Source of the DNA: an uncultured Acidobacteriota bacterium
Lineage (GTDB): Bacteria; Acidobacteriota; Thermoanaerobaculia; Gp7-AA8
Assembly: GCA_963822445.1 (NCBI GenBank)
Contig: CAWGHO010000001.1
Span: 960,001-1,024,000, forward strand
Direction of reading: 5' to 3'
DNA length: 64,000 bases
Part shown: in pieces, positions 40,850-51,599 of the stretch
Numbering within the stretch: the stretch's first letter is position 1
Layout: each line of letters starts with the position of its first letter
Translations under genes and position numbers: made by a program
The notes under the pieces: generated by a model
Database searches by the model: none
Told to the model about the DNA's origin: nothing
What the model saw: the letters and a program-made list of their open reading frames with translations, nothing else

Positions 40850-42159
40850 ACAGCGTTCGAGGTTAGCACGCGGGCCTCGTTCAGGCAGCGATCGAAGATC
40901 TCCACGGCGCTGTCGATCTGCGCCTCGCTGTGCGAAGCCATGACCTGGAACCGGAAGCGCGCCCGCTCGCGCGGAACCGCAGGAAACTCGACGAGGTTCG
41001 CGATCAGGCCGTTCTCTTCGAGCAATCGCGACGTCCACTTGGCCACGGTCTCGTCGCCGCACATCACCGGAACGACGTTGCTGGGATTGCCGAGGCACTC
41101 GATACCGCGCGACTCGTAGCCCACGCGAAGGCGCAGGATGTTGTCGAACGCGCGCGTCCGCAGCTCATCGCCTTCCTCGCTGCGCACGATCCGCAATGCC
41201 TCCAGCGCCACCGCCGACTGCACCGGGGAGATGCCGTTCGAGTACATGTGCGAGCCGCCGTAGATGCCGAGGAACTGGCGCACCGATTTCTCGTTCGTGG
41301 CCACGAAACCGCCGTTGCTCGAAAACGTCTTCGAGAAACTGCCCATCACCAGATCGACTTTCCCGAGCATCTTCTGGATGCCGATCTGCCCCGTGCCGCC
41401 GGGACCGGTCGCGCCGAAGTCGTGGGCGACGTCCATCATCAGCACCGCGCCGAATTCATGCGCGACCTGCTGCAGACGCTCGATGTCGGGGCTGTCCGAG
41501 TCCATCGAGAAAAGGCCTTCCGACACGACCAGGATCGCGTTCTCCGTGTCTTTCTCGCGGATCTTCGACAGCCGATGCCGCAAGGCGTCGGCGTCGTTGT
41601 GCCGGAACATCCAGACGTTCTGCGTGGCCGCGCGTGCGCCCTGCAGAAGACAGGCGTGGGAGAGCTGATCGATCACGATCGTGTCCTGCGGCCGCACCAG
41701 GCCGGTGATCAGTCCGAAGCCGGCCGCCCATCCCGTCGGAAACAGGAGCACATGTTCCATCTGCAGCATGTCGCCCAGGGCACGCTCGAGCGCGCGGCCG
41801 GGAATGGTGTTGCCCTGCAGCATCGGCGAGGCCGCGGCATGCGGGCCGTACTGGCGGAGCGCGGAGATCGCGGCCGAAGTGATGTCGGGATGCGCGGAGA
41901 GGCCGAGGTAGTCCTGCGAACCGAAATTCAATCCAGTCACGCGGCGGCTGTTCTGGCTCGACAGCTCCGTGGTCGTGCCCGGCTTCGCATGCAGCGTGCG
42001 CGCATACGGCCAGGTGTTCAGCTCGGCGCGAAGGTCGAGCCACTCGCCCAGCGGACGCGTCCGATTGAGCAGGTGCGATCCTTTCGGACTCGCGAACAGA
42101 CCAAGGTGTTTGGTGAACGCCGGTGATTCGATCGAAGACACGTCGGGCAGAGAAGTCAA
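40846..42159 (-). CDS. Alpha-oxoamine synthase family PLP enzyme (BioF/KBL/serine palmitoyltransferase-like)
   Basis: NFGSQDYLGL, DQLSHACL, FRHND, EGLFSMDSD, DVAHDFG and GSFSKTF (PLP Lys). Confidence 0.88.
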   Translation of the reverse strand: MTSLPDVSSIESPAFTKHLGLFASPKGSHLLNRTRPLGEWLDLRAELNTWPYARTLHAKPGTTTELSSQNSRRVTGLNFGSQDYLGLSAHPDITSAAISALRQYGPHAAASPMLQGNTIPGRALERALGDMLQMEHVLLFPTGWAAGFGLITGLVRPQDTIVIDQLSHACLLQGARAATQNVWMFRHNDADALRHRLSKIREKDTENAILVVSEGLFSMDSDSPDIERLQQVAHEFGAVLMMDVAHDFGATGPGGTGQIGIQKMLGKVDLVMGSFSKTFSSNGGFVATNEKSVRQFLGIYGGSHMYSNGISPVQSAVALEALRIVRSEEGDELRTRAFDNILRLRVGYESRGIECLGNPSNVVPVMCGDETVAKWTSRLLEENGLIANLVEFPAVPRERARFRFQVMASHSEAQIDSAVEIFDRCLNEARVLTSNAV

Positions 42160-42296
42160 TCAGGCTCCTTCGGACTCAGTAGTTTTGGACCGCACTCCAC
42201 AACGCGTCTCCGATACGTCGATTCCAGAAGGAGGGCATTCCACTATTCCAATTCATATGTGATGGATGAACGTGCACCGGTCTGTACAATTCGCGC

Positions 42297-45053
42297 ATGG
42301 CCCTGCAAGCGAACGAGATGCTCGGCCCCTATCAGATCGCCGGTCTCATCGGCGAAGGGGGCATGGGCGCGGTCTATCGAGCAAAAGACACACGCCTCGG
42401 CCGCGACGTCGCGATCAAAGTCCTGACCAACGTCACGCTCAGCGATCGCGAGCGCCTGCTGCGCTTCGAGCAGGAAGCGCGCGCGACGGGGATGCTCAAT
42501 CATCCCAACCTGCTGACGATCTACGACGTCGGCCGCGACAGCGAGGGCTCGCCGTTCCTGGTCAGCGAGCTGCTGGAAGGGGAAACGCTCAGCAACCGGC
42601 TCATTCGCGGAGCGCTTTCACCGCGCAAGGCCGTCGACGCCGCGCTGCAGATGGCCAACGGACTCGCGGCCGCGCACGACAAAGGGATCGTTCATCGCGA
42701 TCTCAAGCCGGACAATCTCTTTCTCACGCGCGACGGCCGTCTGAAGATCCTCGACTTCGGCATCGCCAAACTGAACGCGACGAAGTCCGGTGAAGGTCCG
42801 GCCTTCGAAGTCGCAGCGACCGAGCCGGGCATGGTCCTGGGCACGGTCGGCTACATGTCGCCGGAACAGGTCCGCGGCGAGCTCGTCGACCACCGCTCGG
42901 ACATCTTCTCTCTCGGCGCGATCTTCTACGAGATGCTCACCGGGAACCGCGCCTTCAAGCGCAACTCCGGCATCGAGACCCTCGGCGCGATCCTCAAGGA
43001 AGATCCGCCCGAGCTCACCGAAGTGCTGCCGAACGTTCCGCCGGCCGTCGAGCGGCTGGTGCGGCGATGCCTGGAGAAGGATCGCGAGCTGCGCTTCCAG
43101 TCGGCGCGCGACCTCGGCTTTCACCTGGAAACGCTGTCGTCGATGTCGCAGTCCAGTGGCACGTTGTCGAGTGTTGCGCGGCCGGCAGCGACGAATGCGT
43201 CGACGGCGATCCGTTCCTCGACGGAGATGCCGACGACGCGGACGCCTGTGCCTTCGGCCGCCGCGCCGACTGCGCGTACTTCGGCCGTGCCGGCGCCGAC
43301 TGCCGCGCGGCGGCCGTTAACGAAGCCGAAGCCGCGGGTCTCGCCGGTGCTGCTCACGCTGCTGTTCATCGCCGCGGTGGCCGGTGCGGCGTACGGCGGA
43401 TGGAAGTTCGCGCAGCGCGAGACCGAAGTGATCGTGGAGCCGAAGTTCCACCGGATGACCTTCCGGCGTGGCGACGTGCGCTCGGCGCGATTCACGCCGG
43501 ACGGTCAGACCATCATCTACACGGCGGCGTGGGACGGGCAGCCGTCGGACATTTACGCGGCGTCGGGTCGCGCGGCCGAGGCGCGGCAGCTCGGGATTCC
43601 GGACAGCGAGGTGCTGGCGGTTTCGAAAGGCGCGGAGCTGGCGATCCTGCTGCGCCGCGATCGCATCACGCGCGTGGGCACTCTCGCGCGCGTACCGCTG
43701 GGTGGCGGCATGCCGCGCGAGCTCGCGGTCGACGTACAGCAGGCGGATTGGTCGCCGGACGGCACGAACCTCGCCGTCATTCGCGTGGTCAACGGCAAGA
43801 CGCGCGTGGAGTATCCGCTCGGGACCGTGAAATACGAGAGCACCCATGAAGTGCGGAACATGCGTGTGTCGCCGGATGGAACGAAGCTGGCCCTCCTGGA
43901 GCGAATCCGCGGCGCGTACGACGTGGTCATCATCGGCAGCGGTGCGCCGGATCCGATCGCGCGAGGCTGGTCGAATGGCGCGAGCGGCCTGGCCTGGTCT
44001 CCGGACGGCACACAGATCTACGTTTCCGGCACGAACACGACCGCGCCGCCGTCGCTGTACGCGATCGCTGTCGATACCGGCGCGATCCGGCTCGTCTCGC
44101 GGCTGACCGGATTCGTCGCGCTGTTCGACGTGTCCCCGAACAATGAATTTCTGCTGGCGACGGGAAGCCTGCGCGCAGCGTTGGTCTGGAAAACGCCGGA
44201 TCCTCCTCAGCAACCCAGCGACCCGGCAACGCAGCAAGCCGGCAACCCGGTTCCCGCTCCTGAGAAAGACGCCTCCTGGTTCGACTGGTCGATCCTTGCG
44301 GACCTGTCGGCCGACGGACGCACGATCCTCTTCAGCGAGACGCGTGAAGGCGGCGGTGCGAAGTCTGCCGTGTACATCCGCCGCGATCACGAACCGGCGC
44401 CGGTGCGGCTGGGCGACGGCATGGGCGACGCGCTTTCGCCCGACGGCAAATGGGTGCTCATGCATCAGGGGCAGAAGCTGGTGCTCGTTCCCACCGGCAC
44501 CGGCGACGCGCGCGAGCTGAAAATCGAAGGCACGTTCGAATCCGGCGGCGCCTGGTTGCCCGACTCGCGCCGCGTGGTCGTCGGCGGCGCGACGGGCGAG
44601 CGCAAGTATCAACTGCACGTCATCGACACGCTCGACGAATCGATCAAGCCGATCTCGCCGGAGGACATCTGGTCCGGAGGCTCGCGCGCATTCGCGGTCT
44701 CGCCCGACGGCCGTTTCGTGGCCGGCATGACGAAGGAAGAGACGATCGCCATTTACCCGGTCGATGGTGGTGCACCGACGCCGGCCAGCGGCGTGGAGAA
44801 AGGCGAGATCCCGATTCAATGGTCCGCCGACGGCGCGTCGCTGCTCGTTCACCGCCCGACCGGCCTTCCCGCGCGCGTACATCGCGTGACACTGGCAACG
44901 GGCACGCGTGAGCTCCTGCGCGAGTTCGCCCCCGCCGATCCCGCCGGCGTCTACAAAATCGCGCCGGTCCTGGTCACGCCGAACGGCGACGCCTGGGCGT
45001 ACAACGCGATGCGGACGCTGGCTGATTTGTACGTGGCGGAGGGGATCAAGTGA
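42297..45053 (+). CDS. Hanks-type Ser/Thr protein kinase with TM helix and TolB-like (PD40/WD40) beta-propellers
   Basis: [29 protein letters not shown] and [10 protein letters not shown]; TM segment; repeated WSPDG/SPDG. Confidence 0.93.
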   Translation: MALQANEMLGPYQIAGLIGEGGMGAVYRAKDTRLGRDVAIKVLTNVTLSDRERLLRFEQEARATGMLNHPNLLTIYDVGRDSEGSPFLVSELLEGETLSNRLIRGALSPRKAVDAALQMANGLAAAHDKGIVHRDLKPDNLFLTRDGRLKILDFGIAKLNATKSGEGPAFEVAATEPGMVLGTVGYMSPEQVRGELVDHRSDIFSLGAIFYEMLTGNRAFKRNSGIETLGAILKEDPPELTEVLPNVPPAVERLVRRCLEKDRELRFQSARDLGFHLETLSSMSQSSGTLSSVARPAATNASTAIRSSTEMPTTRTPVPSAAAPTARTSAVPAPTAARRPLTKPKPRVSPVLLTLLFIAAVAGAAYGGWKFAQRETEVIVEPKFHRMTFRRGDVRSARFTPDGQTIIYTAAWDGQPSDIYAASGRAAEARQLGIPDSEVLAVSKGAELAILLRRDRITRVGTLARVPLGGGMPRELAVDVQQADWSPDGTNLAVIRVVNGKTRVEYPLGTVKYESTHEVRNMRVSPDGTKLALLERIRGAYDVVIIGSGAPDPIARGWSNGASGLAWSPDGTQIYVSGTNTTAPPSLYAIAVDTGAIRLVSRLTGFVALFDVSPNNEFLLATGSLRAALVWKTPDPPQQPSDPATQQAGNPVPAPEKDASWFDWSILADLSADGRTILFSETREGGGAKSAVYIRRDHEPAPVRLGDGMGDALSPDGKWVLMHQGQKLVLVPTGTGDARELKIEGTFESGGAWLPDSRRVVVGGATGERKYQLHVIDTLDESIKPISPEDIWSGGSRAFAVSPDGRFVAGMTKEETIAIYPVDGGAPTPASGVEKGEIPIQWSADGASLLVHRPTGLPARVHRVTLATGTRELLREFAPADPAGVYKIAPVLVTPNGDAWAYNAMRTLADLYVAEGIK
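44208..44247 (+). repeat. Tandem 8-nt units (CRGCAACC-like) x5 inside the kinase CDS
   Basis: cagcaacc cagcgacc cggcaacg cagcaagc cggcaacc; encodes the linker [14 protein letters not shown]. Confidence 0.6.
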
Positions 45054-45131
45054 AGGCGCAAAGGCGCAAAGGCTCAAAGGCTCAAAGAAAAAGCGCCTTT
45101 GCGCCTTTGAGCCTTTGCGCCTCTGAGCCTT
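45053..45131. repeat. Hairpin of tandem 8-nt units, (AAGGCKCA)x4 / (TGMGCCTY)x4
   Basis: aaggcgca aaggcgca aaggctca aaggctca ... tgcgcctt tgagcctt tgcgcctc tgagcctt; begins at the kinase stop codon. Confidence 0.9.
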
Positions 45132-45150
45132 TCTCCGTGGCGGCAAGCCG

Positions 45151-45912
45151 GTGACTCTCGCGAATCTCGTGATCTTCACCGCCGGCATCGCCGCCGGCGC
45201 GATCAACGCGATTGCCGGCGGCGGCACGCTGATTTCCTTTCCGGCGCTGCTCTGGATCGGCCGCGACGCCATCGTCGCCAATGCCACGAATACCGTCGCC
45301 ATCTGGCCGGGATCGCTGGCCGGAGCGTATGGATTTCGGCGCGAACTCGCGACCGCGCGCCGCTGGCTGCTGTTGCTCATCGCTCCTTCGCTCGTCGGCG
45401 GCGCGCTCGGCGCGTGGTTGTTGCTGCGCACGCCGACGACGACCTTCGAGCGGCTGGTGCCGTTCCTCATCCTGGCGGCGACGATCCTCCTCGCTGCACA
45501 GGAAATGGTCACTACTCGTCTCGGCCTCGTCGCGAAATCGCACGAGAATCCCGGCGCGGGCTGGCTGACCTTTGTGCTCATCTTTCAGTTCATCGTCGGC
45601 GTTTACGGCGGCTACTTCGGCGCGGGTATGGGCATCCTCATGCTCGCCGCCCTCGGCCTGATCGGCATGACCGACATGCACCAGATGAACGGCGTGAAGA
45701 ACGTCCTGGCCGTCTTCATCAACGGCATCGCCGCGATCTACTTCGCGCTCTCGAACGCCGTAGCCTGGAACGACGTCCTGGTGATGACCGTCGGCACGAT
45801 CATCGGCGGATACTTCGGCGCGCGCGTCGCGCGGCGGTTCGGACGGGTCTTCGTCAGGCGCGCCGTCGTTGTTATCGGGATCGTGATGAGCGTGGCGTTG
45901 TTCCTCGGGTAG
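45151..45912 (+). CDS. TauE/SafE (TSUP) family membrane protein
   Basis: AGAINAIAGGGTLISFP, ANATNT, GVYGGYFGAGMGI and NGVKN. Confidence 0.9.
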   Translation: MTLANLVIFTAGIAAGAINAIAGGGTLISFPALLWIGRDAIVANATNTVAIWPGSLAGAYGFRRELATARRWLLLLIAPSLVGGALGAWLLLRTPTTTFERLVPFLILAATILLAAQEMVTTRLGLVAKSHENPGAGWLTFVLIFQFIVGVYGGYFGAGMGILMLAALGLIGMTDMHQMNGVKNVLAVFINGIAAIYFALSNAVAWNDVLVMTVGTIIGGYFGARVARRFGRVFVRRAVVVIGIVMSVALFLG

Positions 45913-45921
45913 TCTCGCGCC

Positions 45922-47676
45922 ATGCGCCTGCTGTACTCCTACATCCTCCGTTACAAGCGCCTGGCCGTCTCCGCGCTGATCCTGGCCACGATCAATCAGG
46001 TCTTTTCGCTGCTCGACCCGCAGGTCTTCCGGCTGATCGTCGACCGCTACGCCGTCAACGCCGGCAAGATGCCCCGCGACGAGTTCATGAGCGGCGTGGC
46101 CCTGCTGCTCCTGGCCTACGTCGGCGTGGCCATGGTGTCGCGCATCGCCAAGAACTTTCAGGATTACTTCGTCAACGTGATCTCCCAGCGCACCGGCGCG
46201 GCGTTGTACGAGCGGAGCGTCAGCCACTCCTTCTCACTGCCCTACGCGGTCTTCGAGGATCAGCGCTCCGGCGAGATCCTGCAGAAGATGCACAAGGCCC
46301 GCGCCGACGCGCAGTCGCTGATCAACAACTTCATCAACTTCCTGTTCATCGCTCTCGTGGGCATGGTCTTCGTGACCATCTACGCGTTCACGGTGCACTG
46401 GTCGATCGGCATGGTCTACCTGCTGCTCGCGCCGTCGCTCGGCACGCTGATGTTCTTCCTCAGCCGGCGCATCAAGACCCAGCAGAAAGTGATCGTGACG
46501 CAGACCGCGGAGCTGGCCGGATCGATGACGGAAACGCTCCGCAACGTCGAGCTGGTGAAATCACTCGGCCTCGAAAATCAGGAGATCGCGCGGCTCAACA
46601 CCGTCAACGCGCGCATCCTCGAGCTCGAACTCAAAAAAGTCCGTTTCCTGCGCTTCTACAGCTTCCTGCAGGGCACGATCATCAATAGCACGCGGGCGAG
46701 CATCCTCTTCCTCACGCTCTGGCTTCTCTACAACCGCCAGCTGACCCTCGGCGAGTTTTACGCGCTGTTTTTCTACTCATTCCCCATCTTCTCGCCGCTC
46801 GCCGAGCTCGGCGCGATCATCGCGCAGTACCAGGAAGCGCGGGCAAGCATGGAGAAGCTGGAGGAAGTGCTGGCCATCCCGCCGGCACCGAAGCCCGCGG
46901 AACCGGTCGCCGTTGGCGCGTTGATGCGCGTCGCGTTCGAGAACGTCGGCTTCACCTATCCGTCGGCGAGCACGCCGTCGCTCGAGGCGATCGATCTGGA
47001 AATCCGCGGCGGCGAGACCGTCGCGTTCGTGGGACCGTCGGGATCGGGAAAAACGTCACTGGTGAAACTGCTGGTCGGCCTCTATCGCCCGAGCAGCGGC
47101 AACCTGACCGTCAACGGGATCGACATCGAGAAAATCGACTCCGACGAGCTTCGCGGGCGCATCGGATTGGTTACCCAGGACACGCAACTCTTCGCCGGCA
47201 CGATTCGCGACAACCTGCTGTTCGTCAACCCCACGGCGACGGATGCGGAATGCATCGAAGTGCTTCGCCAGGCCGCGGCGCTGCCGATCATCGAGCGCGG
47301 CGGCCTCGGCCTCGACACGAAGATCGGCGAAGGAGGCATCAAGATCTCCGGCGGTGAGCGTCAGCGGCTGGCCATCGCCCGCGCGCTGCTGCGCGAGCCG
47401 GAGCTGATGATCTTCGACGAGGCCACGTCGAGCCTCGACTCGATCACGGAGAAGTCGATCACCGAGACCATTCGCGAGCTGACGACGAACGGACATCGCC
47501 GCATGACCGTGCTCGTCGCCCACCGCCTGTCGACGATCGCCCACGCCCAGCGCATTCACGTGCTGGCGAAGGGAAAGATCGTGGAGACGGGAACGCACGA
47601 CGCGCTGCTGGCGATGCATGGGTTGTACGCCGCACTGTGGCGGGAGCAGAGCGCGCGCCGGGAGGAAGCGGCTTAA
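45922..47676 (+). CDS. ABC exporter, fused permease and ATP-binding subunit
   Basis: N-terminal TM domain; GPSGSGKT, ISGGERQR, FDEATSSLD and AHRLST. Confidence 0.93.
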   Translation: MRLLYSYILRYKRLAVSALILATINQVFSLLDPQVFRLIVDRYAVNAGKMPRDEFMSGVALLLLAYVGVAMVSRIAKNFQDYFVNVISQRTGAALYERSVSHSFSLPYAVFEDQRSGEILQKMHKARADAQSLINNFINFLFIALVGMVFVTIYAFTVHWSIGMVYLLLAPSLGTLMFFLSRRIKTQQKVIVTQTAELAGSMTETLRNVELVKSLGLENQEIARLNTVNARILELELKKVRFLRFYSFLQGTIINSTRASILFLTLWLLYNRQLTLGEFYALFFYSFPIFSPLAELGAIIAQYQEARASMEKLEEVLAIPPAPKPAEPVAVGALMRVAFENVGFTYPSASTPSLEAIDLEIRGGETVAFVGPSGSGKTSLVKLLVGLYRPSSGNLTVNGIDIEKIDSDELRGRIGLVTQDTQLFAGTIRDNLLFVNPTATDAECIEVLRQAAALPIIERGGLGLDTKIGEGGIKISGGERQRLAIARALLREPELMIFDEATSSLDSITEKSITETIRELTTNGHRRMTVLVAHRLSTIAHAQRIHVLAKGKIVETGTHDALLAMHGLYAALWREQSARREEAA

Positions 47677-49601
47677 CGCACGTGTTTGTCGAACAACTCC
47701 ACGTTCCGGCGCATCACATCCATCTTCAGTTTCGGCTCCGGCACGCCATGTCTGCTTCGCGGATAAACCACCATCGTCACGTCGACTCCAAGCTCGTCGA
47801 GTAACCGGTACAGCAGCGTCCCCTGCGAAAGCGGAACACGATCGTCATTCTCGCCGTGCTGGATCAGCACCTTCGCGGGCGTCGGTTTGAGGTGCCAGGC
47901 CGGCGATTGGGAACGCAGAAGCTCGACGGACAGCGGCGGATGACGCATTTCGTCGAGTGATGAATCGGGTGTTTCACGCTGATCGAAGTAGTGCGGAAGG
48001 AAATCGCGGATGTCGGCGGTGCCGTGATAGCTCAGCAGGTCCGTGACCGCGGCGCCGATGCTGTACGCGCGGAAACGATCGCTGTGGCCGAGAACCCATG
48101 CCGCGAGATAGCCGCCGTAGCTCCAGCCCATGATGCCGAGGCGTTTGGGATCGGCGATGCCGTCGGCGATGAGCTTGTCGATGCCGGACTCGATGTCCAT
48201 CCACGGCATGACCGCCCAGTCATTGCGATTCGCGCGATGGAATGCGCTGCCGTAGCTGCCCGTGCCGCGCGGATTGGGCCGCAACACCGCGAATCCGCGC
48301 GCGGCAAGGACGTGCGGCGCATAGGTCAGGCCGTGATAGCCGAGAAAACCCTGATCGAAGTTCGAGGCCGGACCACCGTGAATGAAGGTCAGCAGTGGCA
48401 CGCGCTGACCGGGTTTGTAGCCGACGGGCAATGTCAGCAGGGCCTCGATCTCCAGGTTGTCTTTCGGGTTCTTCCAGCGGATCACCCGGGTCTCGCCGAG
48501 GGTGCGGTTGCGATAGGCGGCGTTGTGGTTCGTGACCCGCTGGCCTTCGACGAAGATCTCCGGCGGCTCGGTGAGCGACTGCTGCACGAACGCGACGCGG
48601 CCGCCCTGCATGTCCACGTCTCCGACGACGCCATCGATTTTCGTCGTGTTGGTGAAGCCCGTCCCGTCGACATTCACGCGAAAGAGCTGCGCGGTCGTGT
48701 TCCAGGAGCCCTCGAAGAAAACCGAGCGCGAGTCGTCGCTCCAGAGAATCGCCTCCGGCGTCCGGTCGTACTCCCTGGAGATGTTCCGCGGCGTGCCTCC
48801 GCTGCTGGGAACGACGTAGACCTCATGCTCGAGCAACCAGTCATGCGCGCCGGTGCTGGTGAAGGCGACCCACTTCCCATTCGGCGAGAACACCGGACCG
48901 CGATCGAGTCCGGGTCTGGTGACGAGCGGTTTGAGCGCACCGCCGCGTGTCGAGACGAGATAGATGTCCGAACGGAACAGATCGTCGAGGCCATTGCCCG
49001 GCGCGCGATCGATGGCGATCCACTGCCCATCGGGCGACCAGGAGAAGTCTCGCCAGATCGAGAACGCGCCATTGGTGAGCTTGCGCACCGTACCGCTGGC
49101 GACGTCGACGATGTAGAGATGCACGTATTTGCGTGCGCCGACGATCTTCGGGTCGTCGCGCTCCTTCGCGCGCCGCTCCTCGTCGGCCGTCTGTTCGTCG
49201 AGGCGCAGAAAGGCGATCGATTTGCCGTCCGGCGACCACTGATATTCGCGGACCGGAGTCGGCTCGTTGGTCAGACGGCGAGCTTCGCCGCCGTCAGGAT
49301 CGATGAGCCAGATCGCGTGCTTTCCGCCATCGCGATCCGACAGAAACGCGATCCGCTTGCCGTCCGGCGACCACTGCGGATTGACATCCGACGCTTCGTT
49401 GCGCGTGAGCTGGCGGTCACTCGATCCATCGGCGCGGACGATCCAGATGTCGGTGTCGTACACGCTCCGCTTGAGGTCCGCGCGGCTCACGACGTACGCG
49501 ACGCGCGTGCCGTCCGGCGACAGCCGGGGCGTCGATAGCCCCGGCATGGTCGCGTAGTCTTCGATGGTCAGCGTGCTGGCGAGGATGAGCGCGAGAAGCA
49601 T
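47673..49601 (-). CDS. S9 family (prolyl oligopeptidase/acylaminoacyl peptidase-like) peptidase
   Basis: WSPDG propeller repeats; HGGP, GWSYGG, HGENDDRVP and catalytic His in SRHG. Confidence 0.92.
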   Translation of the reverse strand: MLLALILASTLTIEDYATMPGLSTPRLSPDGTRVAYVVSRADLKRSVYDTDIWIVRADGSSDRQLTRNEASDVNPQWSPDGKRIAFLSDRDGGKHAIWLIDPDGGEARRLTNEPTPVREYQWSPDGKSIAFLRLDEQTADEERRAKERDDPKIVGARKYVHLYIVDVASGTVRKLTNGAFSIWRDFSWSPDGQWIAIDRAPGNGLDDLFRSDIYLVSTRGGALKPLVTRPGLDRGPVFSPNGKWVAFTSTGAHDWLLEHEVYVVPSSGGTPRNISREYDRTPEAILWSDDSRSVFFEGSWNTTAQLFRVNVDGTGFTNTTKIDGVVGDVDMQGGRVAFVQQSLTEPPEIFVEGQRVTNHNAAYRNRTLGETRVIRWKNPKDNLEIEALLTLPVGYKPGQRVPLLTFIHGGPASNFDQGFLGYHGLTYAPHVLAARGFAVLRPNPRGTGSYGSAFHRANRNDWAVMPWMDIESGIDKLIADGIADPKRLGIMGWSYGGYLAAWVLGHSDRFRAYSIGAAVTDLLSYHGTADIRDFLPHYFDQRETPDSSLDEMRHPPLSVELLRSQSPAWHLKPTPAKVLIQHGENDDRVPLSQGTLLYRLLDELGVDVTMVVYPRSRHGVPEPKLKMDVMRRNVELFDKHVR

Positions 49602-49631
49602 GGCGCGAGTATGCCACCCGCGACACAACTA

Positions 49632-51599
49632 CTACTGCACGAGAACGCTGTTGCTCAGCTCCGACGTATTCACGCCATACGGCAGCGACCCGAAGTCGCT
49701 GAAGTGCGTGCGGGTCCAGGTCGCATTGATCCACTTCCCGCGATGGTCGCCCGGAACGGTGATGGTGATGGTCTGGTCCCTGATCGACGAAGTGCTTCCC
49801 GATCCGATGAACCACTCGCCGTCGCCGTCAGGACCGTCATTGGTGAAGAAATCGAACGCGCCGCTGTTCGAGTCCGGTCCCAGCGGCTTCGAGTTGACCG
49901 TCACGGTGATGCTGGTCATGTTGCTCGCCGCGTCGTACTGAGCCGACAGCAGCACGGGCGCGTTCGAGGCCTTGTCGCGATCGTCCGTGTCGACGGGCGA
50001 CACGCCGTCCAGGCCCCAGTCGATGCCGATTCCGAAGTTGTTCCGCATCGAATTGCGGCGCATCTCCACGACGTCCGCGGCTTCCGCGGCGCGCGCGACC
50101 GCGATTCCCATGTGACCGTGGTCGCGGATCACGTTGTCGTTCACTTTCGCGAAGAAGATCTCCGGCCCGAGGAAGATGCCGCTGGCGCCGTTCTGGCCGA
50201 TGAAGTTGCTGGTGATCGTCGCCGATCCCCGCCACATCCAGATTCCGCTGAACTGGTTGTTGGCGATCACGTTCTGCGACACGACCACGCCCTCGGCGAA
50301 GTCGAGGCGCAGCCCACGCTGATTGGGCATGGGATCGAAACCGTCGGCTTTCGCGCCGATGTGGTTGTTCTTCACCTCGCGGCGATCGGGCCGGCCGCCG
50401 CAAGACCCGCCGGTTGCGAACCACAGTCCCTGATCCTCATCGAAGTTGCCGATCGCCAGTCCGTTGACGACGCCTTCGCACAAGGCGAGCATCCGGATCC
50501 CTCGACGCGCGAGGCGGCCGTCGATGGCGATCTCCGGCCCGCGCTGATTCGTGTTGCCCGTGAATGTCGTCTGGCGATCTCCCTCCAGCGTCACGCGGTC
50601 AGCGGTAATGGACGGCAGCGGCGTGAGCGGGGTGATCGTGAACCAGCCTTCCGCCGGGACCGGCTTCGGAATCTCGAAGACGATGCGGCAGGGACCGGGC
50701 GTGCATCCCGCGTTCGCATCGGTGATGGCCTGGCGCAGCGAGCCCGGGCCGTCGTCGGCGGTGCTGTCGACGGTGATCCAGCGATAGACCGGAACAGCGT
50801 TGATGTTCTCGTTGTCCGATGAATCGGGATCGGCCAGATCGCCGGACACGCGGGCCATCAATTTCACCTCGCCGCCGCGGCGGTCGGAGCTCGCGCGGAC
50901 GCCGATCCGGAACGGCTCGCCCGAACAACCGTGCGGGAGCTCGGCTCGCGTGCAAACCGCGGCCGACCCTTCGATCCGGCAGGTGTAACCCGAGGCGGGA
51001 GTGATGGACGTGACCGTGCCGCCGGCCGCGGTGAATTCCGCGCGGACGGTTGGCGGACGATTGTCGCGGGTCTCGTTGCAGACGTTTGCGGTGAACGTCG
51101 CGCTTTCACCCGGATCGATGCGCTCGGTTCGCGCGGAGATGAAGATGTTGAGATCCGCTTCGATCCTGGTTTCCCAGGAAAAGCTGTGGGAGTTGTTGGC
51201 CAGGCTGGGATCGGGTGTCTCCGAGAGTAGCGATCCCTTGACCGTGTAGGTCGCGTTGGCGATCGGCGCCCGCAGCTCGATGCTGCCGTAGTGGAAGGGC
51301 GCGCCGACGTGCATGTCGCCGACTTCGCAGCGGATCGGGCGCTGCATGGAGTCGCATTGCTTGATCACGTCGCCCGCTCCATAGCCGAGGCGGGTGACGG
51401 TGACACCTTCCGGGACCTCGAAGGTGAGCACGGCGTTGCGCGCCACGTCCGGCCCGTGATTGACCATGGCGAACGTGACGTCGACGCGATCCGGATAGCG
51501 GTTCGCGCTCATCGAGAACAGCAGGTTCGCGTCGGCGAGCGCGGCGGAGGAGACGAGAAGGGAGAGAAAGAGGAAGAGAGTCCGGGAAAGTTGGGTCAT
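49632..51599 (-). CDS. Secreted protein with two DUF11-like Ig domains and a right-handed beta-helix
   Basis: Signal peptide; N.GP..A and DP...NN motifs; DDGPGSLRQAI..AN; Asn-ladder repeats. Confidence 0.75.
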   Translation of the reverse strand: MTQLSRTLFLFLSLLVSSAALADANLLFSMSANRYPDRVDVTFAMVNHGPDVARNAVLTFEVPEGVTVTRLGYGAGDVIKQCDSMQRPIRCEVGDMHVGAPFHYGSIELRAPIANATYTVKGSLLSETPDPSLANNSHSFSWETRIEADLNIFISARTERIDPGESATFTANVCNETRDNRPPTVRAEFTAAGGTVTSITPASGYTCRIEGSAAVCTRAELPHGCSGEPFRIGVRASSDRRGGEVKLMARVSGDLADPDSSDNENINAVPVYRWITVDSTADDGPGSLRQAITDANAGCTPGPCRIVFEIPKPVPAEGWFTITPLTPLPSITADRVTLEGDRQTTFTGNTNQRGPEIAIDGRLARRGIRMLALCEGVVNGLAIGNFDEDQGLWFATGGSCGGRPDRREVKNNHIGAKADGFDPMPNQRGLRLDFAEGVVVSQNVIANNQFSGIWMWRGSATITSNFIGQNGASGIFLGPEIFFAKVNDNVIRDHGHMGIAVARAAEAADVVEMRRNSMRNNFGIGIDWGLDGVSPVDTDDRDKASNAPVLLSAQYDAASNMTSITVTVNSKPLGPDSNSGAFDFFTNDGPDGDGEWFIGSGSTSSIRDQTITITVPGDHRGKWINATWTRTHFSDFGSLPYGVNTSELSNSVLVQ

